64,000 nt of DNA from Gracilinanus agilis. Its lineage: Eukaryota. The notes under the pieces are model-generated. The model was not told where the DNA came from and ran no database searches. It worked only from the letters and a program-made list of their open reading frames with translations. This document shows positions 48,992 to 61,025 of this stretch, one piece after another; positions within the stretch are counted from its first letter, which is position 1, and each line of letters begins with the position of its first letter. Where the stretch lies: the NCBI RefSeq assembly GCF_016433145.1, contig NC_058133.1, forward strand, positions 261,563,836 through 261,627,835, read 5' to 3'. The position numbers and the translations under genes were made by a program.

Positions 48992-50339
48992 ACTCTAATA
49001 CAACACACTCATTTTACAGATGGAAAGACAGACCTAGAAGAGAAGGACTTATCCAAGTTCACAGATCAAGCAAATGGCAGAGCTAGCACAAATCTATATT
49101 TAGCACCAGAGACCAATGCATCTGTCTTTAGACTATTCTCTCTCCAGACCCAATCCATCACTGGAAATGGCAAACTACTCCAGCATCTCTGCCAAAAACA
49201 CCCCAAATGAGATCATGAAGAATTGGACACAAATGAACAATGACACAAATTATATCTATTTTACATACATATATAAAATCATAAGTATATCACTCATTTC
49301 TTTTGTGATCCTATATATTTTACTTTATGCATTGAAAAGCATTATTCTGGCCACAGAATTAATATTGGAAGAAAAAATTACGAATGTTGCACAGAGGGAA
49401 AAGGGCACAGACTAAAATAGAGTGTTTGGTCACAATGAACTTTATGAATTCATAGATCCATTTTTTTTTCACCAACAGGTCAAAGGTAAGGAGACAGATT
49501 TCATCTTATCATGGAGACAAAGTTGCCTAGCAATCAGAATAAAGTGAAAAGGATTGTTTCAAAAGATAACAAGTTCCAGAGCAGCTTGGATAGAGTCAGT
49601 CCTGGAGGTGGGAGGTCTTGGATTAAAATCTGGCCTTTGATACCTTTTTGCTGTGTGACCCGGGACAAGTCACCTAACCTCAATTGTCTAGCCCTTACCA
49701 CTCTTCTGCCCTATGTATTGATTCTAAGATGGAATGTAAAGACTAAAAATTTAAAAAAAGGTAATGAGTTCCCCATCAACAGATACTTTCAAATAGGGCA
49801 GAGGTTTGCTAACTGTATTTCAATAAAATTGATTTCCTTTGTAATACTACATATTTTATTTTATGTACTTAAAAACATTATTCTGAGAAGGGGTCCACAA
49901 GTTTCAACAGACTGCCAAAGGGTGCCCATGACACAGAATCCCTGGGATTAGGATTAACATCTGGATGACCACTTCTCAGGGATATTCTGGAGATGATTCT
50001 TGTTTAGAAATGGATTTGTTTACAAATGAAGTCTCTTCTAGCTCTCAGATGATGAACTTCTAAGTTAGGAGGCAGCTCTCTTGGGAGCTTTTTCTCCAGA
50101 AAACTCCTTACTCTGGGTTGTTTTCTCTCTCCTTCCACAGTTTAGGACTCAGCTGAGGGATAGGCAAAGATTTAGGGCCTTGGCAAACAGCTGGAAGCTC
50201 GTGTACTCTTGGGGCCAGTGAGTAGGCTGGCTTGGGTTTCAGTTTCCTGGTTAGCAAGCCAGAACCTTGGAGAGAGCCGCAGGGTTGGGAGCAAGATCAG
50301 TGGGAAATTTTAGACCCTCCATGAGACTGGGCTCTTGTT

Positions 50340-50950
50340 AGGACTGAAACTTTTTCAGGCTTCTCAAGATATCATCTTATTCTGCCTGTTTTCTCTTTTC
50401 TACCTGTCCTCTCCTCTCTTTTACTTTTCTGTACTCTAAATCCTTTTTGCTTTTCTGTACTTTAAATCTCCACCCCCTTCTCTCTCCTCTATTCCTGCCT
50501 CTTTATCCCATCTCTCCCCACTTCTCTCTCCTCTTTATCTTTTTCCTCTTTCTAGTTTTATTCTTCTTTCTTTCTTCCTCATTACTTTCCTTCTCATTCC
50601 CTTTCTCCCAGAACATCCCTTTCCTTCTCCTAGCCTTTTATCTCTCTCCCATCTTTCTTTTTTCTTTCTTTCCTCCCTTTATCTCTCTCTCACTACTTCT
50701 ACTGTCATTCCCTTCTTTTCCATTCCTCCCCCTCTCCTCTATCTTTCTCTCTCCTCTATTTTCCTCTCTTCCCTCTCTCTCTCTTTCTTCCTCCTCTACT
50801 TTCTCTATGTACCATATGTCTTTCTCCTCTTTACCTCTCTTACTGCTTCCCTTCTCATCCCTCCCTCTCTTCTCTTCTTCTGTCTCTTCTCTTCTCTTCT
50901 CTTCTCTCTCTCTCCCATTTTTCCCTTCCTCCTCGCCTCTTTTACTTTAG
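50340..50950. repeat. Long polypyrimidine (T/C) low-complexity tract
   Basis: About 600 bp almost devoid of G. Confidence 0.9.
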
Positions 50951-51933
50951 TGTGATCCCACCTAACTAACTTATTCTGACCATTTTTCAGATCTAGTGTA
51001 TTTCTCATAGGCCTGAGATCTCCCCATTTGTCAGCGCCCTTGTATCACACCCTTCAGGTCACATTACACCAGGCCATACCTCCTACTCCTGACAAAAAGA
51101 GAATATTTTTGAGAGAAGGAGGGAGGCCTGGTCCAGGAGGAGTAACCTTTGTGGAAGGAGAGATGTAGTTCTCCCTGTCTACCTCTCCCCTATCACCTGA
51201 CATTGCCTAACCCTCTTCTTGGTTTTTCCCTTTTCCCCCGACCCCTGAGCACCTTCTCTCTCCACATCTCCCGAGTTCTTTACAGTTCTGCCGACAGGAA
51301 TGTTCAGCTCTGGGAGCAACTCCATGCCCCTAATGCCCAGGAGATGGAGGGATCTAGAGAATGGGAATATAAAAGAAAATAGGAAATCAACGGAGAGTGA
51401 CTGGGGATGGAGATGGGAAATGAGAGGAGTCAGAAGATGCCATTAATAAGAATAAGAATAACTAACATTTATATAGCACCTACTATTTGCCACATACTGT
51501 GCTAAGCATTTTATAAATATGATCTCATTTGATCCTCACCACAACCCTACCAAGTATGTAGAGGTATATGCTGTCCAGAGTCACAAAGCTGGTATGTCTG
51601 AGGTTGAATTTGAACTCAAGTCCATCCTGACTCTAGGCTCAGCACTCTCCACTAAATTACTGAACTGCAACATTAAGTTAATATAATATAATATTAGTGG
51701 AAGGAATATTGGACTTGGAGTCAAGATCTAGGCTCAGGTCCTAGTTTCAACACAATTAAATTTTTTTTATTTTAAAAATGTTAATTTAAATTAATTAAAT
51801 CAATTTATTAAGTAATGGATTATTAAATTAATTACAATTAAATTTAATTAAAAAATTTTTTAAAGTTACCTTCTGTCTTGGAATCAATACTGTGTATTGG
51901 TTTCAAGGCAGAAGAGCCCTAAGGGCTAGGCAA

Positions 51934-52584
51934 TGTAAGAGGGAAAATTTAGATATTTTATAGATATGTATTTAAAACGTGGCTGCCAGGAATCAACAGT
52001 TCTGATTGATTCCGTAATTAAATCAGACCCAAGTCATCATCGGGTTAAGGCAGTTTTATTTACAATTATGAAGGTAAAAGGTTTAGGAATAAAGAGAAAG
52101 GGAGAGAAGGTTAAAAGACTAAATAAATCAGGTTTCAAGCCTCAAGGCCTAGCAACCAGATAGGCTAATGCCTGCTTAAGGCAGAGTTTAGAAGCAGCCT
52201 AGGTAGGCCAAGGAAGTCAGCCTAACTTACCCACATGATCATTCAGAGTAGAAGCTGCCTGAGGTCTTAGCTGAGATCCTTCAGCACCAAGTTCAAAGCA
52301 GGAACTCCCTCCACAGGAAGTAGCCAACACACTTGAAGAGATGTGTCTTTCGTCACTTCCTGTGGGTCCACCTCTAATTCAAGTGGACAAATGGCAGTCT
52401 CTACACTGATTTGGACTGCCCAAAGGGCAGGCCCTTGTTCTAGATTTGTTACTTATTGTCACGGGTGGGTAACTCATCTCCCCCCACCCCTCCCCACTAA
52501 GGAAGGTGAGGAATTACATCATTTCTATGCCTAGGTTAAGTAAGAGTTTAGCTATGAATGCCTGGAGCTAATTCTATTTACACA
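51934..52584 (-). mobile_element. Solo ERV LTR (651 bp) inserted into a SINE1-type element
   Basis: It has TG...CA ends and a 4-bp TSD, gcaa, at 51930-51933 and 52585-52588. The SINE resumes (gggctaggcaa|tgagggttaagtgac). AATAAA lies on - at 52060-52055, about 120 bp from the 3' end. Confidence 0.85.
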
Positions 52585-53015
52585 GCAATGAGGGTTAAGT
52601 GACTTGCTCAGGGTCACACTAGTGTCTGAGGCCAAATTTGAACCCAAGTCCTCTCATCTCTAAGTCTGGCTTTCTATCCATGGAGCTGTCTAACTGCCTC
52701 CAGTTCGAATTCTTATTAGCTATGGAGCCACAGGCAAGTTGCTTAACCTCACTGGGTATCAAAGTTTCCTCATCTGTAAAAAGAGGATAATAACATTTCA
52801 ATTGAGCTACCTCACTGAGTTGCTGTGAGGAAAGGAACTTTTATTATTATTATTATTATTATTATTTTAAAGGGTTGCTGAAATATAAGCTCATTATTAC
52901 ACTCTTGCTTTGTTCACACTCTCTGTGAGTGCCGAGAGATGTTTTTTAAACCCTTACTTTCCATCTTACAATATTAAATATTGGTTCCAAGGCAAAAGAG
53001 CAGTACGGGCTAGAC

Positions 53016-53217
53016 CTGTGTTGACGAACCTATGGCATGCATGCCAGTTGGAGCTGCTCCCCTGCCCCTCTCCACAGGTACCCGAGGACATTTCTTACTT
53101 CACCAGCAGCCCAATGGGAGAGCTTCCTCCCTCCTCTGTCTGAGGTAAGGTGGGAGCTCAGACCAGCCTGAGGATTGCAGTTTGGGCACTCAGTCTCTAA
53201 AAGGTTCACCATCACTG
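53016..53217 (+). mobile_element. hAT MITE (202 bp) inserted into a SINE1-type element
   Basis: The ends are ctgtgttgacgaacct ... aggttcaccatcactg. The 8-bp TSD ggctagac/ggctaggc matches at 7/8. SINE sequence (..gagcagtacgggctag | gcagtgggggttaagtgac..) resumes on both sides. Confidence 0.85.
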
Positions 53218-53539
53218 GGCTAGGCAGTGGGGGTTAAGTGACTTGCCCAGAGTTACACAGCTAGAAAGTGTCTGAGGTCAGATTTGAACCCTGGACCTCT
53301 GGTCTCTAGACTTAGTGCTACTGAGCTACCCCGCTGCGCCCCACAAGAGATCTTTAATGACTTCATTTTGTCTCTTGAGGCCTCCATTTCCTCATGTGTA
53401 CAATGAGGATATTGAACTAGATGACCTCTAAGATCCTTTTCTATATTGATATTCTGAGTCTATAAGCAATCCAGGGCTCTTTTTTTCTCATTCACACTTG
53501 AGAAACTCATAGTAGAAACCTAGAAGAAAAACATACGAT

Positions 53540-53770
53540 TTATCATTTGTTTATATGGGTACGTGATTTAGGTTTTTGGTTCCAAAAGATTGCTCTATTG
53601 CAAAAATGAATAAATATGGAAATAGGTATTGAGTGATAACATTTGTACAACCCAGTGAAATTGCTTGTCGGCTCTGGGAAGGGGAAGGGAAGAGGGGAAG
53701 GAAGGAAAATGAATCATGGAAATATGGAAAATTATTTTTTAAAATAAAATAAAATAAAATTTTTTTAAAA
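53540..53770 (+). mobile_element. Older L1 3'-UTR fragment
   Basis: It contains the L1 3' words atgaatcatggaaa.. followed by an (aaaat)n tail. Confidence 0.65.
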
Positions 53771-54775
53771 AGCAACTCTTACTTATAGGGTCCAGTGAGA
53801 GACCATACTGTAAGGGAAAATGTTATAGACTAACTAAAGGGCCTCAGTCTTTGGGGACTGAGTCTGGGCTCTGAAATCTGACCAGCATCAGTGCCCCAAG
53901 GAGCAAAAAGTAGCCGTAGGGATTGACATTTGGAATATAACCCAGCAGAGGCTGAGGTATGGGTTCATTTGTCATGCTTTGTCTGGATAGGAACTTGGGA
54001 GGCCCAAGGCTATGTGGGAACTCGGTTGGATTTTGAGTCATTTCCCTCCCAGAAAACTAAATGGCGTAAGTGTTGCCTCACCCAGGTGTGGTGATGTTTC
54101 TGTGGGTGAGGAGCACTGTTTATACATTTGTTCTAACTGTACCTTTGAAATAACTATTCTTTCTAAAAGCTTAAATAGAAATAGGGAAGTGCTTTTAAAA
54201 ATATGGAAAGCTTAAAAGAAATATGGAAAAAGCCAAGTTTTGATGCTTTGTGATCCAACATTCTCCACTGACCAACTCAGTGGTCCACTCTCGATTCCCA
54301 GTCCCCTATATTGACAACCAACCAATCAATAAGCATTTATTGTTTTCTGTGCTCAAGGCACTGTGCTAGATAAAAAGACAAAGTGAGATTGTCCCTGCCC
54401 TCAGGGAGCTTACATTCTAGAGAAGGAAACAACATTACAAATATATATATTTGTACAAATGCACACATAGGCATATATACACATATATGATACCTATGCC
54501 TGTATATCCACATGCACATGTCTATATGTACAATCATGTGCACGTACGTGTACATATACACACAATAAATACATGCAATACTTTACAAAGAGAATATATT
54601 AGCAGTTGGAGCCTTCAGAAAGTCTCCTTATGGAATCCTTTCCATCCCATCCTTCAGGGTCAATCTATAGGGTGAGTGATGGTTTCCACTTAGGGCTTTT
54701 TCAATTCCCCTCAGCCAGTCACTGTCCTTATGAGAAGGAGGAGGGATATTATTAAAGACCATTCAGGCTCTAAAC

Positions 54776-54960
54776 CAGTGATTCCCAAAGTGGGCACCAC
54801 CGCTCCCCGGAGGGTGCTGCAGCGATCCAGGGGAGCTGGTGATGGCCACAGGTGCATTTATCTTTCCTATTAATTGCTATTAAAAAAAAAATTTCCAGGG
54901 GGCTAAGTAATATTTTTTCTGGAAAGGTGGCGGTAAGCCAAAAAAGTTTGGGAACCACTG
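54776..54960 (-). mobile_element. hAT MITE, same family as 14048-14240, opposite orientation
   Basis: The terminal inverted repeats (TIRs) cagtgattcccaaa / tttgggaaccactg match at 13/14. A perfect 8-bp TSD, ctctaaac, lies at 54768-54775 and 54961-54968. Confidence 0.92.
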
Positions 54961-55589
54961 CTCTAAACCATGGAAGCAGGGTCAGTGGCTATTGAAAAGG
55001 CATTTAGAGGGCAGGTAGTTGGTTCAGTGGTTAAAGATCCAGGCTTAGTGACAGGAAGTCCTGGGTTCAAATATGGTCTCAGACACTTCCTAACTGGGCA
55101 AGTCACTCCATCCCCATTGCCTAGCCCTTACCGTTCTTCTGTCTAGGAACCAATACACAATATTGATTCTAAGATGGAAGGTAAGGGTTTCAGGGAAAAA
55201 AAGAAAGAAAGAAAAGAAAAGGCATTTGGCACAATTTTCTTTGAGACCAGTTGGTTCCTTCTCCAAATGACAGATCATCCCATTTCTTTTCCCCAGTTTC
55301 TCTCATAATTTCTATCCCTCTTCTCCTCTTTCTCAGCATTTGGAAAAAAATTCTCAAAGAATCTTTATATTGGAAGGATTGAGAAAGCACATGGTCAAAG
55401 GTTATAACAGTCAGTCGGGGGGCCTCTGTTTCTTACTATATCAGGCACTTACTCCCTGTGTGACTTCATGTGGTCATTTCTCCTTTGTGGTCTCAGTTTC
55501 TTCAGCTTTGAAATGAGGGTGTTGGACTAATTGATTCAACTGAAGATCCCTTCCAACTCTAACATTCAAGGCTTCTAACAATCATATGG

Positions 55590-55627
<38 letters not shown>

Positions 55628-56019
55628 GTAACCCTTAACTTCTGTCTTAGAATTGATACTAAATATCCACTGTAAGGCAGAAAAGCCCTTACTAGGGCTT
55701 GGCCAATTGGAGTTAGGTGACTTGCCCAGGGTTACACAGCTAGGAAGTATCTGAGGCCAGATGTGAAGCCAGGACCTCTCATCTCCAGGCATGGCACTCT
55801 ATTCACTGAGTCACCTAGCTGTCCCCCTATTCCCTAATCGTATTGTCTTAGAGTTGGGAGAAATCCCAAAGGTCACCTAGTAGAACCCACATCTGAATAA
55901 TAATTTCTTCTACAACTTTCCTTATAAATGGTCATCCAATATTTGTTTAAAAGATCTCTCTTTAATGAAGGAGAACCTACCACCCTCTGTAGTCTCCCTC
56001 TCTCCTTTTTTCTGTTCAT

Positions 56020-56240
56020 TAGATAGATAGACAGATGGATGGACAGGAAAGCAGGCAGATGGGCAGACAGATGAGTGACAGAGAAACAGAGACAGGCAGA
56101 AAGACACAGAGAGACAGAAAGACAGAGGCAGAGACCAAGAGAGACAGAGACACAGAGAGAAAGAAACAGAGAGACAGACAGACAGAAATACAGAGAGACC
56201 AAGAGACAGAGACAGAGAGTCAGAGACAGAGAGAGAACAT
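56020..56240. repeat. (GA/GACA)n purine-rich tract
   Basis: Directly visible. Confidence 0.9.
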
Positions 56241-58646
56241 TTAAGGAGCACTTACACATGCCAAACACTATGCTTAGTGCTGATGATACAAATATAACTA
56301 AGCAAGGCTTACATTCAAATGGGAAACGACTACACATAAAGCAGGGCTAGAAAAGAGGATGGGGAAGTAGGAAGGTATCTGCTGGGGTAGGACATGAAGA
56401 AAATATTCCCAGGAATGTCCCAGATGTCTGAGTCCCCAAAAAGATGAGGTTAAAGCTCATCTATCAGAACCAAGGATTCAGTCCAAGGTGCTTGGAGAGT
56501 AGGACCATGGTAGTTTTTTCTTAAATCAAGCCTGGTGAAGAGTAGACCCAAAATAAATGCTTGTTTGCTCACTCAGTCAAGCTTCTATCTGCTCCTCTTA
56601 GCTTCTGTTTGTTGCTCCTAGTTCACAAGATTTAAAGCTGGAAAGGATCTTAGGGGTCATCTAGTCCAAACTCCTCATTTTACAGATGAGAAAACTGAGG
56701 CCCAGAGAGAGTAAGTGACTTATCCAAAGTCCCCTAGATGGTAAATGGCAGAAGGATGATTCAAACTCAGGGCCACCAGCTCCACATCCATTCCCATGTC
56801 CACTGCACCACACTCTCTCTAAATCCAACCTCCTCTTGCCCAGCATTTAAGATCTTCACCGTCTGATCCCAATCTAGCTATCTAAATTTACCACCTGCTA
56901 TACCACAATTTACACATATCTTCAAATCAAATTGTCTCCTCCTTGTCCTTGACATTGCCCCAAGCAATCTGGCCACCAGGTTTTTGCTCTTGTCCTCTCT
57001 ACCCTTTTTTAAAAAAATGTTTTGAAACTCATAAGGCCCAGTTCAACCCTCATATCTTTCACTAATTGGCCTGGCTTATGAGGTAGTGAGCTCCTCATCA
57101 ATGGATGGAGGGCAGCTAGAAAGCACAGGGGAGAGAGCAACAGGACTGGAGTTGGAAGGTCCTGGGTTCAGTTTGACCTCAGGCACTTCTTGGTAAGACC
57201 TGGGCAAGTCACTTAACCCTGATTGCCCAGTCCTTGCCACTCTTCTGTCTTAGAATTAATACTAAGAAGGTAAGAGGTTTTTTTAAGAAAATGAGGGTTG
57301 TATGGATGACTAATTGGCAAAGATGCTTTAGAAGGAATTCTTGTTCAAGTAGGCCCCTAATGTGCATCCCAGCTCTGATGTTCTATGAGTCTGTGATTCT
57401 GTGAAGTTTTTCTTAACTATTCCAGCCAGTATGAATTGCTTCCATGGAATATTTGGTGCTAAATTCCTACAGCACCAGGAAGGCATCTGTTTTACACAAT
57501 CTAGCTTTGATTGTATATATCCATGACTCATCTTTGTACATCTTGTTCCCCTGAAGAGATTGTAAGTTTCTTGAGGTCGAAGACCACATCTTATACCTTC
57601 TTTCTCTCACTGCACCTAGAACAGAGCTGGACACACAGAAGGAGCTCAAAACATACTTGTTGGTTAATCAAAATCTGAACCATTGTGAAAGGCTTTTTTG
57701 GGGGGTAGAGAATACAGGGATTTGATCCCCAAATGCTAAAGCCAATTTACACAGTGGTTTCAATCACTGGATTTGGGCTCAGGAAGACTCAAATTCAAAT
57801 CCTTTCTCAGATACTTGCTAAATGTGTGACCCTGGGCAAGTCATTTAAATCTCTATGCCTCAGTTTCCCTATCTACAAAATGAGGTTAATAAAAGTACTG
57901 TGTAAATGCTAGATGTTATAGTAGTTATCAGAACTAAGGACAACTTCTTAAACTTTGAAAGACACCCATTAGGACCAATAAATGGAAATCCTTCTTCACA
58001 CAGTGGTCAAGTACTTATGGGACTCGTCATCTGCAATCGTAGGCAGTATATTGTATGTTCTGAGTTTGGAAATTGTGTTACACCCTAGGTAGTTGTCTGT
58101 TGCTGCTTTCAGTGCTGAACAGATACAGAGGAAAGGACAAGTAGTTGTGAAAGATTAGAGAACGGAAGGGAAGTGGCAGAGAATCAGGGAAGGCTTCAAG
58201 TGAGAGGTGACCATTAGGCCGGACATTGAAATAGGGGAAGCATTTTCACAGAAGGTTTGCCCTAAATCCCCACTAGACTGTAAATTCCATGAGGGCAAGG
58301 TCTATGTGTCTCCCTTAAAGTTTGTTTCTTTGAGTGTGAATATATGAGACAGATCTCTGCCTCAGATCCAGAATGATCAATTGAACAAAGAGAAGTGGAG
58401 GCAGGGAATATAACCAGCTTTCTCTGGGAATTTCGCTGAGAGAAGAAAGTGAGATATAGCACAAGCTTCACTCTCATGGACCCAAGATCTGGTGGAAAGA
58501 TATATTGAGTCTCAACTCTGCTGCAAGCTCCTCTTTTCCTCTGAGAGGAGAGTGTGAGGCTAACTCACTCTCACTTTGTGCAACTCTGCCTCACTTAAAA
58601 TCCAATTCACATGCAAGTCAAGATATCACCCCATGATGTCACTGGT

Positions 58647-59081
58647 ATTATTTTATTTTATTTTATTTTATTTTATTTTATTTTATTTTTTAAAACTCTT
58701 ACCTTCCGTCTTGGAGTCAATACTAGGTAATGGCTCCAAGGCAGAAGAGTGGTAAGGGTAGGCAATGGGGGTCAAGTGACTTGCCCAGGGTCACACAGCT
58801 GGGAAGTGTCTGAGGCCAGACTTGAACCTAAGACCTCCCATCTCTAGGCCTGACTCTCAATCCCCTGAGCTGCCCAGCTGCCCCGTCACTGGTCTTTTTT
58901 TTTTTTTTTTTAATTTTTAAACCCTTAACTTCTGTGTATTGTCTTATAGGTGGAAGAGTGGTAAGGGTAGGCAATGGGGGTCAAGTGACTTGCCCAGGGT
59001 CACACAGCTGGGAAGTGTCTGAGGCCGGATTTGAACCTAGGACCTCCTGGCTCTCAATCCACTGAGCTACCCAGCTGCCCC
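58647..59081 (-). mobile_element. Two head-to-tail young SINE1-type elements of different 3' subtypes
   Basis: The first (~58647-58884) is flanked by gtcactggt and has the long 3' end. The second (~58894-59081) is flanked by ctggtcttttt and has the short caatacacagaagttaagg 3' end. Confidence 0.85.
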
Positions 59082-60869
59082 CTGGTCTTTTTTTTTTTTA
59101 AAGCAAAAGATGAACAACAATCTCTAAAAGTTTTGTGAGTATCAAATGAAGGAATCAGAGAATCTCGGCTTTGGAGGAGACCAAAGAATCATGGGCATAG
59201 AGCTAGAAGGAGCCTTGGAGATGATCTAATCCCTTCATTTTACACATGGGGAAACTAAGGCCCCAAATAAATGATTTCCTCAGGGGTAGTAATGATCAGA
59301 GCAGGGATTTAAACTCAGATCTTCCAGTTTCCAAAGACAGCACTCTATCTACCCTATGTTACCACATCCAAGAAGATATGAACTGTCATCTATCTGCTTT
59401 CTGACATTATACAGAAAGCATGCTGTAATCAGTGCTACTAAATGATTATTCATTTTCATGATTACTTATTTTTCCTCTACCAAAGTCTTCTTGGTGTGAC
59501 AGTAACCCTGGGTTTGTGAAGACTGCACCAGGGAAGCCATGCTTTGAATAGGGGTCTGGAGACATGTGTCTTGTCATCCAAGGACCAGCTTAGCTAAATT
59601 CAGAAGAGCTTATCTGCAGAAGTTTGGTTTTAGAATCAGAGATGCAAAACCTGTTTCTGAAGGGATGGAGGAATTATGAGTTGCTTCTGAGGAAGGAGGA
59701 ACTCCTATGGAAGAAGAGATCTCTGAGGGCCCTGATTAGGAGAAGGATTAGGAAATTGATTATAAGAGATTTCCCTGAAGTGAGAATGGAATGATATTGT
59801 CTAGAATTGGATTGAATTCAATTCATCAAAGACTGATTATTTGAGGCACCACATTAGGCCATGGGGCAGAGAGAAAAATTGAAAAAAGGATACACAGTCC
59901 CTGCCTTTGAGAAGTTCATAATTTAATGAAAGAGGAAGAATGAGCCATGTATACAATGAATCTTTTTAAAGGATGAATTAAAATGGGGAAAATGAAGAAC
60001 AAGATAAAAGGGCCAATGGGGAAAGATTGGGCTGGAGAAGGTCCCACCTGAGCTGGACCTGGAAGGAAGAAAGAAACTTTATGAGGTAGAAATATGGAAG
60101 GAATTTGTTCTGTGGCTTACACAAAGGTTACCAGGGCTACCAGCACCACCACCCTTTAAAATTATTTTTAACCCTTACCTTTCATTTTAGAATCAATACT
60201 AAGTATCAGTTCCAAGGCAGAAGAGCAGGATGGACTAGGTAATGGGGGTTAAGAGACTTGCCCAGGGTCACACAGCTAGGAAATATCTGAGGCGTGATTT
60301 GAACCTTGGATCTTTAAGCTTAGATCTCTATCTTGGCTGAAGGCCACCTAAACCTTCTTTTAAAAATTCTTTAAAGGTAATGAACAGAGTTTGAGTCCCT
60401 TGCCTGGGCAGGCTTCAAACTCAAATTCTCTGCCTCTAAATCCAGCACATTTTATACCATCCCAGGCTGCCTTGTGAACTAAGACCTTAGATCCAGAGCC
60501 AGAAGAAGCCTCAGGGTCCATCTAGTCCAACTCCTTTATTTTACTGATGAGAAATCGAGTCCCATAGAGATGACATCACTTTCCTCTAGTGACACAAGTA
60601 GTAAATGGCAACACCAAGATTTGAACCCAAATTCTCTGACTCAAATCTGATGTGGTTTCAAAAGCAAAGGAATCTGGATGATTTCCATTATCTCCAAAAC
60701 TCCATTCTTCCTTTGCCTACTGGACCCTCAGATCATTTATCATGTTGGGAGAAGCCAAGAGATGGAATTAAGGGGAAATAGTTGAGGAAGAGGTGGAGAG
60801 GATCTAAGTGGAATATAGTCATTGTGGAAGGAGAAGAGAGACAAATCATTGGAATATGGGGGGGGATGG

Positions 60870-61025
60870 TTTGGAATGAATTGAGATGAAATGGAATGGG
60901 ATAGGATAGGATGAGATAGGATGAAATGGGATGGGATGGGATGGGATGGGATAAAATGGAATGGGATGAAACTGGATAGGATAAGATGGAATGCAATGAG
61001 GTTTTAGGGTGGGATGGAATAGCAT
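60870..61025. repeat. (GGGAT/GGAAT)n pentanucleotide tract
   Basis: Directly visible. Confidence 0.88.
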
